From an uncultured delta proteobacterium (lineage in GTDB: Bacteria > Desulfobacterota > Binatia > UBA9968): 64,000 nucleotides of DNA. Below the pieces are notes generated by a model. It did no database searches. It was not told the DNA's origin and worked only from the letters and a program-made list of their open reading frames with translations. Positions 1 through 8,775 of the stretch are shown here, piece by piece. The number at the start of each line of letters is the position of its first letter. Position 1 is the stretch's first letter. The stretch lies in the NCBI GenBank assembly GCA_963755715.1, contig CAVWLW010000076.1, positions 49,413-113,412 on the forward strand, in the 5' to 3' direction. The translations under genes were made by a program, and so were the position numbers.

Positions 1-156
1 GACGTGCGTCAAAATTTCGCGGAGCACCTCTCGCGATTTCAGTTTCGCCCAAAACAAGATTCGCTCGATGGTGAGAGCGAGCGAGATTAAAGAACAAATC
101 AGGAGCGGTATCATGACGATCCCACCCTTGACGATGACGGCAACGACCTGCGCCAT
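1..156 (-). CDS. MotA/TolQ/ExbB proton channel protein, N-terminal part (runs off window; 1-nt frameshift near 125)
   Basis: Manual translation MAQVVAVIVK/GIVMIPLLICSLISLALTIERILFW matches the GGxvMxPLxxxSxxxxxxxxER start of the ExbB/TolQ family. Confidence 0.8.
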   Translation of the reverse strand, partial: MAQVVAVIVKGGIVMIPLLICSLISLALTIERILFWAKLKSREVLREILTHV

Positions 157-158
157 GA

Positions 159-359
159 CTAGTGCACCGATCCTTTCTTGACTTCTGCGTCGAGTCGCTC
201 GACGCTGTCCGCCACGCTCTGCAACGCCAGCCCCAGGGCGCGCAAATCATCGAGGGAGATATGCAGCACACAATTGCCGTAATGAAAGTGGACGGTATCT
301 CGACTGCAGTTGCACAGAGAGACCGACCATTTGCCTTCGCGCGATTTGATTCCATCCAT
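159..359 (-). CDS. Small Cys/His-rich hypothetical protein (66 aa)
   Basis: ATG at 359 with GGAGG RBS; MDGIKSREGKWSVSLCNCSRDTVHFHYGNCVLHI...; stop abuts the exbB start. Confidence 0.7.
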   Translation of the reverse strand: MDGIKSREGKWSVSLCNCSRDTVHFHYGNCVLHISLDDLRALGLALQSVADSVERLDAEVKKGSVH

Positions 360-372
360 TTTGACCTCCAAT

Positions 373-417
373 AAAAAAGCCCGAAGTCCCGCCGATTGTT
401 CCGGCGCGCATCGGGCT
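373..417 (-). terminator. Intrinsic terminator/attenuator in the 5' leader
   Basis: Minus-strand AGCCCGA (417-411) pairs with TCGGGCT (384-378), inner GCCG/CGGC stem, followed by a T-run before the RBS. Confidence 0.65.
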
Positions 418-443
418 CTGGATTCATGACCGCTGGCCGCTGA
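413..443 (-). promoter_or_regulatory. Conserved leader motif copy 1 (putative Com-like protein RNA target)
   Basis: TCAGCGGCCAGCGGTCATGAATCCAGAGCCC; 28/31 identical to 3912-3942. Confidence 0.75.
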
Positions 444-448
444 CTTAT

Positions 449-479
449 TTCGTATATTAAAATGAAAATTAGTTGTCAA
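449..479 (-). promoter_or_regulatory. Sigma-70 promoter TTGACA-N17-TATACG overlapped by a DtxR-type box
   Basis: -35 at 479-474, -10 at 456-451; same geometry as 8778-8806. Confidence 0.65.
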
Positions 480-494
480 CACTAATAAAAAAGA

Positions 495-508
495 TTAGTC
501 TATACGAA
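495..508. promoter_or_regulatory. Candidate DtxR/MntR operator TTAGTCTATACGAA
   Basis: 14-bp pseudo-palindrome resembling IdeR/DtxR-type TTAGGTTAGGCTAA and the 8776-8789 site. Confidence 0.55.
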
Positions 509-536
509 AGACTGGGCAAAAGGGCTCTAATCAGAG

Positions 537-716
537 TCAGCTAGTCGGTTTCGACACGGTTGGTCGGTCGGTTGCGGCCAACAACGGAATGACCCACCGT
601 CTTTTACAGCGACGACACTTGAGCTCCACTCCATCTGGCACTAAACGGGCCAGGAGATTGCCGCATTGACAGCGTAACGGCTCAGCGGGCGATTTTTTGG
701 CGGCTTCTTTTTCCAT
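537..716 (-). CDS. Com-like zinc-ribbon protein 1 (59 aa)
   Basis: LRCQCGNLLARLVPDGVELKCRRCKR: Cys pair + LLA...EIKCxRC pattern of the Mu Com family; start codon uncertain. Confidence 0.75.
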   Translation of the reverse strand: MEKEAAKKSPAEPLRCQCGNLLARLVPDGVELKCRRCKRRWVIPLLAATDRPTVSKPTS

Positions 717-777
717 CGAAAAACCAAGTAAATTTTCACGTTTGCTTCGACCGTGGCAGCAAGCAGACGCGAGCGAA

Positions 778-1338
778 TCAGGCGCGATTACGGCGGAACT
801 CTTTGTCTCGATGCCTTGCAGCCCTGCTGCGGGCGCTGTTCGAGGGCTTCTCAAGCTCGAGCAGCTTGGCGGTCCAGCCCCGCCCCGCCAGAATATGGGC
901 GCAGAGAAGCGGCAAAGCGATCAGACCGATCACCCAATGGATCGTGCTGCTAAATTCGCGCACGGCGTCATCGCTCACGTAGTAGAGCAGCCAGCCGGAT
1001 AGCACCAGCACGCCGTTCAGCGCGATCATCGTGAAGCCTGACAGACGGTTTGCCTTCAGAGCGGTGCCGCGCCGGATATGCGCGATGAGCGTGCCCAACA
1101 GCGCGAGGTAGACAAGCATGGTTGCGCCGTGAACTTTCATGCTGATCGTTTGCAGCAAAGTTCGCGCTACGCCAAGCTCCGGATCCTTGAACCACTCGAT
1201 AAGCAGCCACAAGCTTCCACTGCCCCACAAAACGCCGAATACAATATAGAAGAGCCGGCGGTGCCAAGGTTCGAGCCGCACCTTCTCCCGCAGCAAGGCG
1301 ACGATCTTGGCGGTGCGATCAGTGGCTTTATCGCTCAT
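778..1338 (-). CDS. 4-TM membrane protein with four His, cytochrome b-like partner of ApbE module
   Basis: Four hydrophobic helices with KVHG, IAHI, TIHW, CAHI; last gene of the apbE module. Confidence 0.6.
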   Translation of the reverse strand: MSDKATDRTAKIVALLREKVRLEPWHRRLFYIVFGVLWGSGSLWLLIEWFKDPELGVARTLLQTISMKVHGATMLVYLALLGTLIAHIRRGTALKANRLSGFTMIALNGVLVLSGWLLYYVSDDAVREFSSTIHWVIGLIALPLLCAHILAGRGWTAKLLELEKPSNSARSRAARHRDKEFRRNRA

Positions 1339-1354
1339 TGGATCTCGATCCCAC

Positions 1355-2284
1355 TCAGATTATCTCCTGCATCTGAGCGGGCCTAAACCGCGGTGGATTC
1401 CCGAGGCTTCGCCGTCGCGCCGATTGCGCAATGCAACGAACACCGCGCCCGTCGATGATAATCGCTTGTGCGCCGAATTGCGGCAAAATTTTTGCCGCGC
1501 GCCGCGGCGCCAGACGAACGACCTTGGTGAGCGCATCGGCAATCAGGCAACGCGGTGCGACGACGGTGACGCTCTGTTGCCAACGCATTGTGGTGTTTCG
1601 TCGCGGATCGACCAGTGGATCGGTGCTATCGCCATCTTCGCGGCGCTCGGTAAAGCAGCCGCTGGAGCTTGCGACCGCCGCGTCTGTGAGAGTGCCAAGA
1701 GAAAATAATCGCGACGCATCTTCGGGGTGACGAATATGGATTGGCTGAGGGGCGCCGAAGGCGTAGAGATCGCCACCGGCGTTCACAATGCCGCTGTCGA
1801 CGCCGTTGCATTTGAGCGTTGCAGCCGCTCGATCGACCGCATAGCCTTTGGCAATCCCGCCAAGATCAATCCAGGCGCGGCGTCGTAACAGCACGCGATT
1901 GTCGGAAAGCAAACTCAGGTCGCGGAAATTGGCTTCTTCAGACGGCCATTCAGCATCTTCCGGCTTGGGCAAAAACCCCGCAGCGACGAGCTTGCCTCCG
2001 ACCGTGATGTCGAACGCTCCGTCGGAGAGCGCGCTGATTTTTTGCGCCCAGGAAAGGACTTCATAGGTTCTCGGGTCAACTTGCTGCGCAGTCAGAAGCG
2101 GCGCGCGATTGAGGCGCGCTATATCGCTGTCGGTTTCGTGAAAACTCATCAGCCGATGGATGATTTCAATTTCACGAAAAGCCGCCTCGATGGCCGGCGC
2201 GGCGTTCTCGCCTGCGGCACCGACTTCGACGAGCGTACCCAGCAAGGGCCGGGCGCGGCGTATTTCATTTGAAAGCGACTTCAT
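1355..2284 (-). CDS. apbE: FAD:protein FMN transferase
   Basis: GAFDITVG, IDLGGIAKGYAVD, VNAGGDL, ADALTK motifs. Confidence 0.92.
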   Translation of the reverse strand: MKSLSNEIRRARPLLGTLVEVGAAGENAAPAIEAAFREIEIIHRLMSFHETDSDIARLNRAPLLTAQQVDPRTYEVLSWAQKISALSDGAFDITVGGKLVAAGFLPKPEDAEWPSEEANFRDLSLLSDNRVLLRRRAWIDLGGIAKGYAVDRAAATLKCNGVDSGIVNAGGDLYAFGAPQPIHIRHPEDASRLFSLGTLTDAAVASSSGCFTERREDGDSTDPLVDPRRNTTMRWQQSVTVVAPRCLIADALTKVVRLAPRRAAKILPQFGAQAIIIDGRGVRCIAQSARRRSLGNPPRFRPAQMQEII

Positions 2285-2796
2285 AGGTTGCCAAAACCCG
2301 TTTCACGCCGTCGGCGATGTGGCGGCACGAGAGCGTCGCGCCGCTGATGTTCTTGATGTCTTTATTGAGTTTGAGCGGCGCCGCCGCGTTCTTGCCGACA
2401 AACTGCGCGCGCCAGTCGGCGTTGCGCACTTCGTAGCCGTAGCTTTCCCGATAGGTCAGGATCTCGATTTGCTTAACCGTGCCGTCAGGCGTTGAGGCCG
2501 ACGGCGTAGGTGATGAATTCGTGTTTGCCCACCACCTCGTCGACTACGAAGAAGCCGCCGTTGGCCACTTTCCACAATTGTATTTCTTTGTGCCTGACGT
2601 TGGCGTCGCTGCGCCGCGCAATTTCACGCGCCTGCTCGTTAGTGAGCGTGATATTAGCCGGCGCGAGTTTTTCCCCAGGGAAAATCGCTTGTTGTGCTTG
2701 CTCCACGGTCAGATAAGTGGCGCCATACGCGGCTGGGGCCAGTATGGCGATGGGGATCTGTGCCGCCGGTAGCCATATCCATTTCGAGGTACGCAT
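2265..2796 (-). CDS. Exported FMN-binding protein (frameshift near 2490)
   Basis: N-terminal ORF 2485-2796 continues in another frame ...ILTYRESYG...NISGATLSCRHIADGVKRVL; SGAT flavinylation motif. Confidence 0.85.
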
Positions 2797-2888
2797 AGCT
2801 ATCCCTTACTAAGTGAAGCCGAAAGCGTCATTGCGGCGCGGATAAAAATCCGTAAGCATTGGCGTCTGCCCCGGAAGAATGCCGCTCT

Positions 2889-3766
2889 CTAAAACACCCA
2901 TGCAACCTTGAGACGAAATTCGTATCGTTCGTGCTCTTCCAATTCCAGGTTGCGGGTTCGTCCCGGTGTAGGCGGCGTGCCAGCCACCTGGTTCAAGAAG
3001 GTGAAAGTGAACCACCATTTTTCTGCGGCGTAGTGGATATTCGGCCCGAGAAAAAAAGCGCCCTCCTGGGGACCTTTAAATTCAGGATATGCCGCATGAT
3101 AGCGGCCCTCGAGACCGACAAACCACTTTGGTGCGAAGCGATAGGAAATGCCCAAGGTATGCTCTACCTCCAGCTCTCTTTCACGCTCTCCGCTGGATTT
3201 GAACTTCGCCCACTCGGGCTCCAATGTCAGATTGTAGCCGAGGGCCAGTTGATCGTCGAAGAAGTTTTTTTGCAAAATAATTTTGCTCTCCAAGCCGAAC
3301 TGATCCATGCGCTCGCCGGAGACCCTGTCAATTCGCGAATAGGACGGTTCCAAATACAGAGATAGTCCGAAAAGATCTTTGTAGACGCTCAACAGGTTGT
3401 ACTTGAAGGCGAAATTCACGCCATTAAACTCGAGCCCACGAGAAATGTCGCGGTCCGGATCGTCTTCGAGGGCGCCGCCGGAGATCTGGTGGGACCGGCC
3501 TTTCAGATAAAAAGACGCCTGAAAACGGTCCGTGAAACCGTGTTCCAACTCGAGCATCTCATCCCAACCTCGGTATGTGCCTTTACCTTTGCTAGCACGA
3601 AGGGTGAGCCAATTATAAAGTTCGGTGCCGCCCTTTGGCAGGGTATCGGTACCATAAAGATAACCCCAGAGATTTTCATCGGCGTGAGCCGGCGGCAGAA
3701 AAAACAGCGCGGCGATCCACAGCACCGCCGCCAGCGCTAGGGGAAATCAAATGATCGAAAAAACAT
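2889..3766 (-). CDS. Outer-membrane beta-barrel protein, DUF6662-like (indel in signal peptide)
   Basis: AHA-DENLWGYLYGTDTLPKG; alternating beta-strands; C-terminal aromatic (WVF); ATG 3766 with AAGGAG RBS. Confidence 0.75.
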
Positions 3767-3875
3767 GACTGCTCCTTTCAAAGATTAAAGTTGAGGCTTG
3801 CTCGCTTCGTTGGATTGCACATCGGTGACCAGCACTACCTTGCTTCGTGCACCCATCTGTACAAAAGAAATTCAT
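3747..3875 (-). CDS. Putative 42-aa leader ORF MNFFCTDGCTKQGSAGHRC...
   Basis: AAGGAG RBS and ATG at 3875; overlaps the start of the downstream gene. Confidence 0.35.
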   Translation of the reverse strand: MNFFCTDGCTKQGSAGHRCAIQRSEQASTLIFERSSHVFSII

Positions 3876-3911
3876 AGCCCGACTCCTTCCTTAGTTATTT
3901 TGCGAAGCACT

Positions 3912-3942
3912 GGGCTCTGGATTCTCGACCTCTGGCCGCTGA
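3912..3942 (-). promoter_or_regulatory. Conserved leader motif copy 2
   Basis: TCAGCGGCCAGAGGTCGAGAATCCAGAGCCC; its AGCCC can pair with GGGCT adjacent to ATG 3875. Confidence 0.75.
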
Positions 3943-3989
3943 AGGATCCTGTTGTACGAAGCTTTTTACACGACTTACACTGTCTATCC

Positions 3990-4125
3990 TCACGGTTCCT
4001 TTGGTATCGACGCGGAAGAATCGACGCGACGTTTGCAGCGCCGGCACTTGATTTCTACGCCTTGCGCTGACTAACCGCGCCAAAAGACTGCCGCAACAAC
4101 AGCGGAGGGCGTCCTCATCGCGCAT
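3990..4125 (-). CDS. Com-like zinc-ribbon protein 2 (frameshift near 4065)
   Basis: MRDEDALRCCCGSLLARLVS then shifted frame QGVEIKCRRCKRRV...; paralog of 537-716. Confidence 0.7.
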
Positions 4126-4175
4126 AGCTAGAACGGCATCCTGCCGCGATGTTTGATCCGGGCTTAAACTGCGAA

Positions 4176-6216
4176 CTAAGACTCCACAGGTCCTTTCTTT
4201 CCTGCGCCGACCCACAGGAAAGTCGCAAAAAACGCGCATAGCATAAGCGCTTGAGCCGCTAAACTTTCCAAGGTCGGATAAATTCCCAGCAGCGGAATCT
4301 GCGGCGGGAAACCAAGGGGGTTGTCGAAACCCAGCCCGCGGCCTGTAACTCTTTAATACCGTTACCGGCGAAAATGAACGCAATGATATAAAGGAAGGTT
4401 CCGGTGACGCCGAAGAAATATTTCAACGGAACTTTGAGGCCGAGCTTCAAAATGGCAAAGGTCAGCACGACAAGAACCGCCAGTCCGGCGATGAATCCCC
4501 AAAGAATCAGATGATGGTCGTTTTCGTTCTGCAGCCATAGCGCTTGGTAAAACAACACGACTTCAAAAGCCTCACGATAGACGGCAAAAAATGAAATTCC
4601 CACCAGTCCGAGAATCTTCTTGCCGTCGACCACGTTCTGTACCTTGTCGTGAATGAAGCTCTGCCACTTCTTGGCCTCGGACTTCGTATGCAGCCAATAG
4701 CCGACGTAGAACAAAGCTACGGCGGCAAAAACCGAGATAAAGCCCTCCATGCTTTCGCGATGTTGTCCGCTGAAAGTCAAAAACGTTTGAGTGGCGACCC
4801 AGGTGAGGCCGCCGGCGACGAGGGCGAGGACCCAGCCGATGATGGATGTAGCGAACGGCATGCGGTGGCGCCCATGACTTTGAGCATCGCCAGGATCGCG
4901 GCTAGAACCAAAGTCGCTTCCAGTCCTTCGCGCACAATGATCAGCGCGGAATTGAGGAAAAAATAGATGCCCGAGTAGTCGTCGTTGCGCGCGATGATTT
5001 CGCTGGCCCGATCGAGACCCGCTTCGATTTCACTGCGCCGTTTGTCGATCTCTTCCGGCCCAACTCCCTGTTTGATGGCGTTACGGTACGCGGTGAATAA
5101 GCCCTCGAGGCTGCGGCCGAAGGAGGCGTCTTTGGCGAATAAGGCGGGCTCGGCCAGCTCGTAGCCGTCGATGTAGGCATCGACGGCCTTTTGATAGGCT
5201 TTTTCTTTTTCTCCGGCGGCATAGAGCGCTGCGCTTTCGCGCACCAAGTTCCGAGTCAGCACCAGCGGGTCCGCCGGCTTTTGTTCCAACAGACCGCGGC
5301 GCAGATAAGCGAGGACATCGTTGACCTGATCTTCCTGATCGAAATAACTCTTAAGTTGTTCCGATAGCTGTTCATCGGAGTCGGTTGCGAGATTCGCCAC
5401 GGCGGTCAGCTCCGCCGGCAATTTTTTCTGCTGTATCAGCGCCGCGCCGCGATCGGCTTGTTCGCGCGAGAAACGCAAGGACATGACATAGAACGCGACC
5501 TGCCAGCGCTGCTCCTCGCTGAGCGCCGCAAACGAAGCCATCGCCGTTCCCTCCACGCCGAAGCTCGCCGTGTTGAAAGCCTTAAACGGCGACAATCCCG
5601 CCATTCGCTCAGGATCGGTGAAATTCGCCGGCGCGGGCGTCTTGGGATTCATCGAACTTCGCCCCGGTCCATCGCCCTTGCCGCTCTCGCCGTGGCATTG
5701 GGCGCAATTCTCCACGTAGAGTTTTTGGCCTGAGTCCAAAGACGGCAACTGTTTAGGATACGGAACGATTTTATATGCGGTGATCAGTTTTTCTTTGGCG
5801 TTCTGGGCGAGCTCGGCGACGATCTGGGGCTCGGCTTTTTTGTCGATCTGTGCGGCCAGTGATTTAATAGTCGATTCGATTCCGGCTCTGTCCGCCTTGT
5901 CGGCTTGTTTGAGCTGATTGAAAAGTTCTTGGCTGCGCTTGGAGAACTCCTGCATCTCGGCGTATTCGTCGGCGCTCAGGATCTTGCCGTCCTTGACGGC
6001 GTTTTTGTAGTCGCTGCCGAGATAGTCGAGTAGCGAGACCAGCCGCTTGGCGTCATCCGGTTGGGCGAAAGCCAGAGGCGCGGTGCTCAAGAGCGCAGCG
6101 ATTGCCAGGAAACAAAAGAAGAGACGGCGGATACCGGGAATTCGGTTAAGTCGGTTGTCTGAGAAGCTACGAAAGCAACGGGTCGAGGTGGTTTTATTAT
6201 GAGATGGAGGTTCCAT
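4176..6216 (-). CDS. Cytochrome c / FTR1-family iron permease fusion (frameshifts near 4860 and 4315)
   Basis: CAQCH heme motif; REGLE and REAFE motifs; C-terminal LLGIYPTLE; exact start uncertain. Confidence 0.9.
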
Positions 6217-6989
6217 AGATCACGATGCTGTGCGCCGCCAGAAGATAGCGCCTGTCGTAGCCAGGCGCTGATGCCGTCCATGACAAGCACGATCACCAAC
6301 ACCAATAATAAGATGGTTGCCAGCCGCTGATAGTCCAAACTCTGCAGATAGATTTGAATGACGAAGCCTAAGCCGCCGGCGCCGACGAAGCCGAGCACCG
6401 AGGAAGCGCGAATGTTGTACTCGAGCATGAACAGCACTTGGGCGAGAATCGCATTGGCGGCCTCGGGGACGATCACGAAGCGGACGAGTTGCAGCTTGGA
6501 AGCGCCGGTGCTTTGCACCGCCTCGATGATCTCCGGATCGGTGCCTTCGAATAAGTCGGCGTAGATCTTGGCGAGATAGCCGACGGTGTAAGCGGCGATG
6601 CCCAAGGTGCCGGCCAGCGGGCCGAGACCGACGAGGATGACGAAGATAATCGCCCACAGCAGCACGGGCACGGTGCGAATGCCCGCCGCGATAAAGCGCG
6701 CAAAGCTGGAAACCCACGACGAAAACAACCTGCGAGTGCCGAGAACGCTCAGCGGTAGCGACGCCAGGAAGCCGAGAAGGGTGCCGGCAAACGACATTTC
6801 AACGGTCTCCCACAAAGCGGCGCCGACGGTCGGCAGGATGCCGACGTCCGGCGGCAACATCTCCGAACCAAGAATGCCGAGATTGCGCACGCCGCGCGCG
6901 AGGCGCTCGAGATCGAAAAAGCCGAGGTGCGCCAGCACGGCCAACAAAAAAAAGCCGGTGGTGGCGGGGAGAACCAAGCTGGTCTTCAC
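6087..6989 (-). CDS. phnE: Phosphonate-type ABC transporter permease
   Basis: RTVPVLLWA, GLGPLAGTL, EYNIRASSVLGFVGAGGLG; 3' end probably frameshifted. Confidence 0.85.
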   Translation of the reverse strand: MKTSLVLPATTGFFLLAVLAHLGFFDLERLARGVRNLGILGSEMLPPDVGILPTVGAALWETVEMSFAGTLLGFLASLPLSVLGTRRLFSSWVSSFARFIAAGIRTVPVLLWAIIFVILVGLGPLAGTLGIAAYTVGYLAKIYADLFEGTDPEIIEAVQSTGASKLQLVRFVIVPEAANAILAQVLFMLEYNIRASSVLGFVGAGGLGFVIQIYLQSLDYQRLATILLLVLVIVLVMDGISAWLRQALSSGGAQHRDLWNLHLIIKPPRPVAFVASQTTDLTEFPVSAVSSFVSWQSLRS

Positions 6990-7736
6990 AGGCTGGCCTC
7001 GGCGCGCGCTGACTCGCGCAGTTGATTGCCGATATAGCCGGGCACGATCTCGCCGTCTTTGAGCGCGAGCACGTCGTCGCCGAATTGACGCGCCAGGCCG
7101 AGCCGATGCATGCTCATGACGAAGGTAATGTTTTCTTTATCGGCGGCGCGGCGGATGCGCATGAGAATCTCCGACGCCAGGGCGAGGTCCAAGTCGGACG
7201 CAAATTCGTCGGCGATCACGATGCGGGGATGTTGCAGCAGGGTGCGCGCGATGGCGACTCGCTGGCGCTCCCCGCCGCTCAGACGAAAAACCTGCTCGGA
7301 GCGCTTGTGGGCGATGCCCATCATATCGAGCGCGGCCTCGGCCCGATCCGTTTCGGCGCGCGGGAACAGGCTGAAGAGTGCTTTGCCGACGCCGATCCGG
7401 CCAAGTGAGCCCATCAAAACATTGTCGAGCGCTGAGAGACTTCTGACCAATCCCAATTGCTGCGGGATGTAGCCGATCACAGAACTGAGCCGGCGTTGGC
7501 CAAAGCCACTGGTCGGCTCGCCGAAAACCGCGACCCGCCCTTCGTTTGGTTTCAGAATTCCCGCCAACACCCGCAACAGCGTGGTCTTGCCGGTGCCGGA
7601 AGGGCCCATGATGACCGTGTGTTGACCGGCGGGAATCGACAGCGACACATCGCGCAGTACCCAATCGCGGCTGCGATAGGCGAACCAAACTCGGTCCGCT
7701 TGGAGAGCGGGTAGCGCTGTCGCTATTCGAGGTCAC
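6986..7736 (-). CDS. phnC: Phosphonate-type ABC transporter ATPase (frameshift near 7712)
   Basis: GPSGTGKTT Walker A, LSGGERQRV, IADE. Confidence 0.85.
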
Positions 7737-8664
7737 AGACGCTCCGTAAACTTTAGATTTGCCGCTTTCAGATATTTTTGCAGCGAGCCGAGATGCTCGC
7801 TTGCCGTAGTCGGCTTGAAGCCGACGAAGATGCTGGAAATAAACGTGCGCATGAGCTCGCGGTGCTCAGGCGCGCCGAGCTTGACGATGGTTTGCACTGC
7901 GCGGGTGCGCAGCGGGTCTTTCAACTCTTTGCTGAGCACGACGGCGTGGGAAGGGATCGGCCCTTGCTGCTCGATGGTGCGGCTGCCGGCTAGAACTTCA
8001 TTGTAAAGCTTCTCCGGCACGTCGCCGGCGATGATCGTGGTGTCGACTTGGCCCTGCTTCAAGCGCTTGCCAGCACTGGCCGTAGCCGCCGCCGAACAGC
8101 ACTTCTTTAAAATAGCCTTTGGGGTCGGCTTCTTTGCCTTCGCCCGGCTGCAACAGATTCATTTCGATCATGCGGCCCATCGGCGCGACGAATCCAGAGG
8201 TCGAAATCGGACTGGGGAAGCAAGCGCTCTTGCCCTTCAACGAAGGCAGGTCTTTGTACGGCGAGTCGGGAGCAACAACCCAATAAGAAAAATAGTGCGG
8301 CGCCTCGACTTTATCTTTGCCGTGCAGCACCTGCCGAATCTCCGCCAGGGCGACTTCGGCGCCGCCGAGCCGGACCGCGAGCTGCGCCGGCCATGCCGAC
8401 ATGAAGGCGAGGTGCGCGTGGCCGAAAGCGAAGCGATTCCACCACGGCGGCGTAACTGCTTGGCACGTAGATCTCGACTTTGGTTCGGCCACCCAAGCCT
8501 TTTTCCATAAACTGCTGCAACGGTTTGGCCTTGTTCAGCATCTCGTCGCTCGCCACCGTCGGTTGGATCGCAACCACGAGTTTATTTTGCGCAAAGCTCA
8601 AGCTCGGCACGAGCGCAGCCAGAGCTAAAGCGAGCACTAGGTGCTGGCGAAAATATCGCTTCAT
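7733..8664 (-). CDS. phnD: PhnD-family substrate-binding protein (several frameshifts)
   Basis: Signal peptide, VPSSYAAVVESL, YFSYWVV, STSGFVAP in pieces 8311-8694, 7998-8492, 7733-8062. Confidence 0.8.
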
Positions 8665-8727
8665 CGCGGGCTCCTTTTCGCTTGATCTAGACAACTATCT
8701 TTACTATAAGATGGTTGTGTGATGAAT

Positions 8728-8766
8728 TGTTCATACATTAATAATTTAATAGTAACCACATGTTAA
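8728..8766 (-). promoter_or_regulatory. Candidate Pho-box-like direct repeats at 11-bp period
   Basis: TTAACA-N5-TTACTA-N5-TTATTA-N5-TGAACA upstream of phnD; TATAGT -10-like at 8708-8703. Confidence 0.4.
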
Positions 8767-8775
8767 AGTCAAAAG

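Noticed and set aside
373-445. Known riboswitch (cobalamin, yybP-ykoY, NiCo) in the leaders
   Set aside because: I could not see their conserved cores; the motif is short and tied to com-like genes. An Rfam scan would settle it
521-529. Third copy of the leader motif (AGAGCCC just after the com1 stop)
   Set aside because: Only 7 nt match; the CAGCGGCCAG part is absent
3747-3749. Single in-frame TGA between the uORF and the OM-barrel ORF, suggesting Sec/readthrough
   Set aside because: Falls in a signal-peptide region with no redox motif; ATG 3766 with a strong RBS plus one indel explains it more simply
537-4125. Mu-like prophage because of com-like genes
   Set aside because: No mom/methylase, transposase, structural or other phage genes nearby
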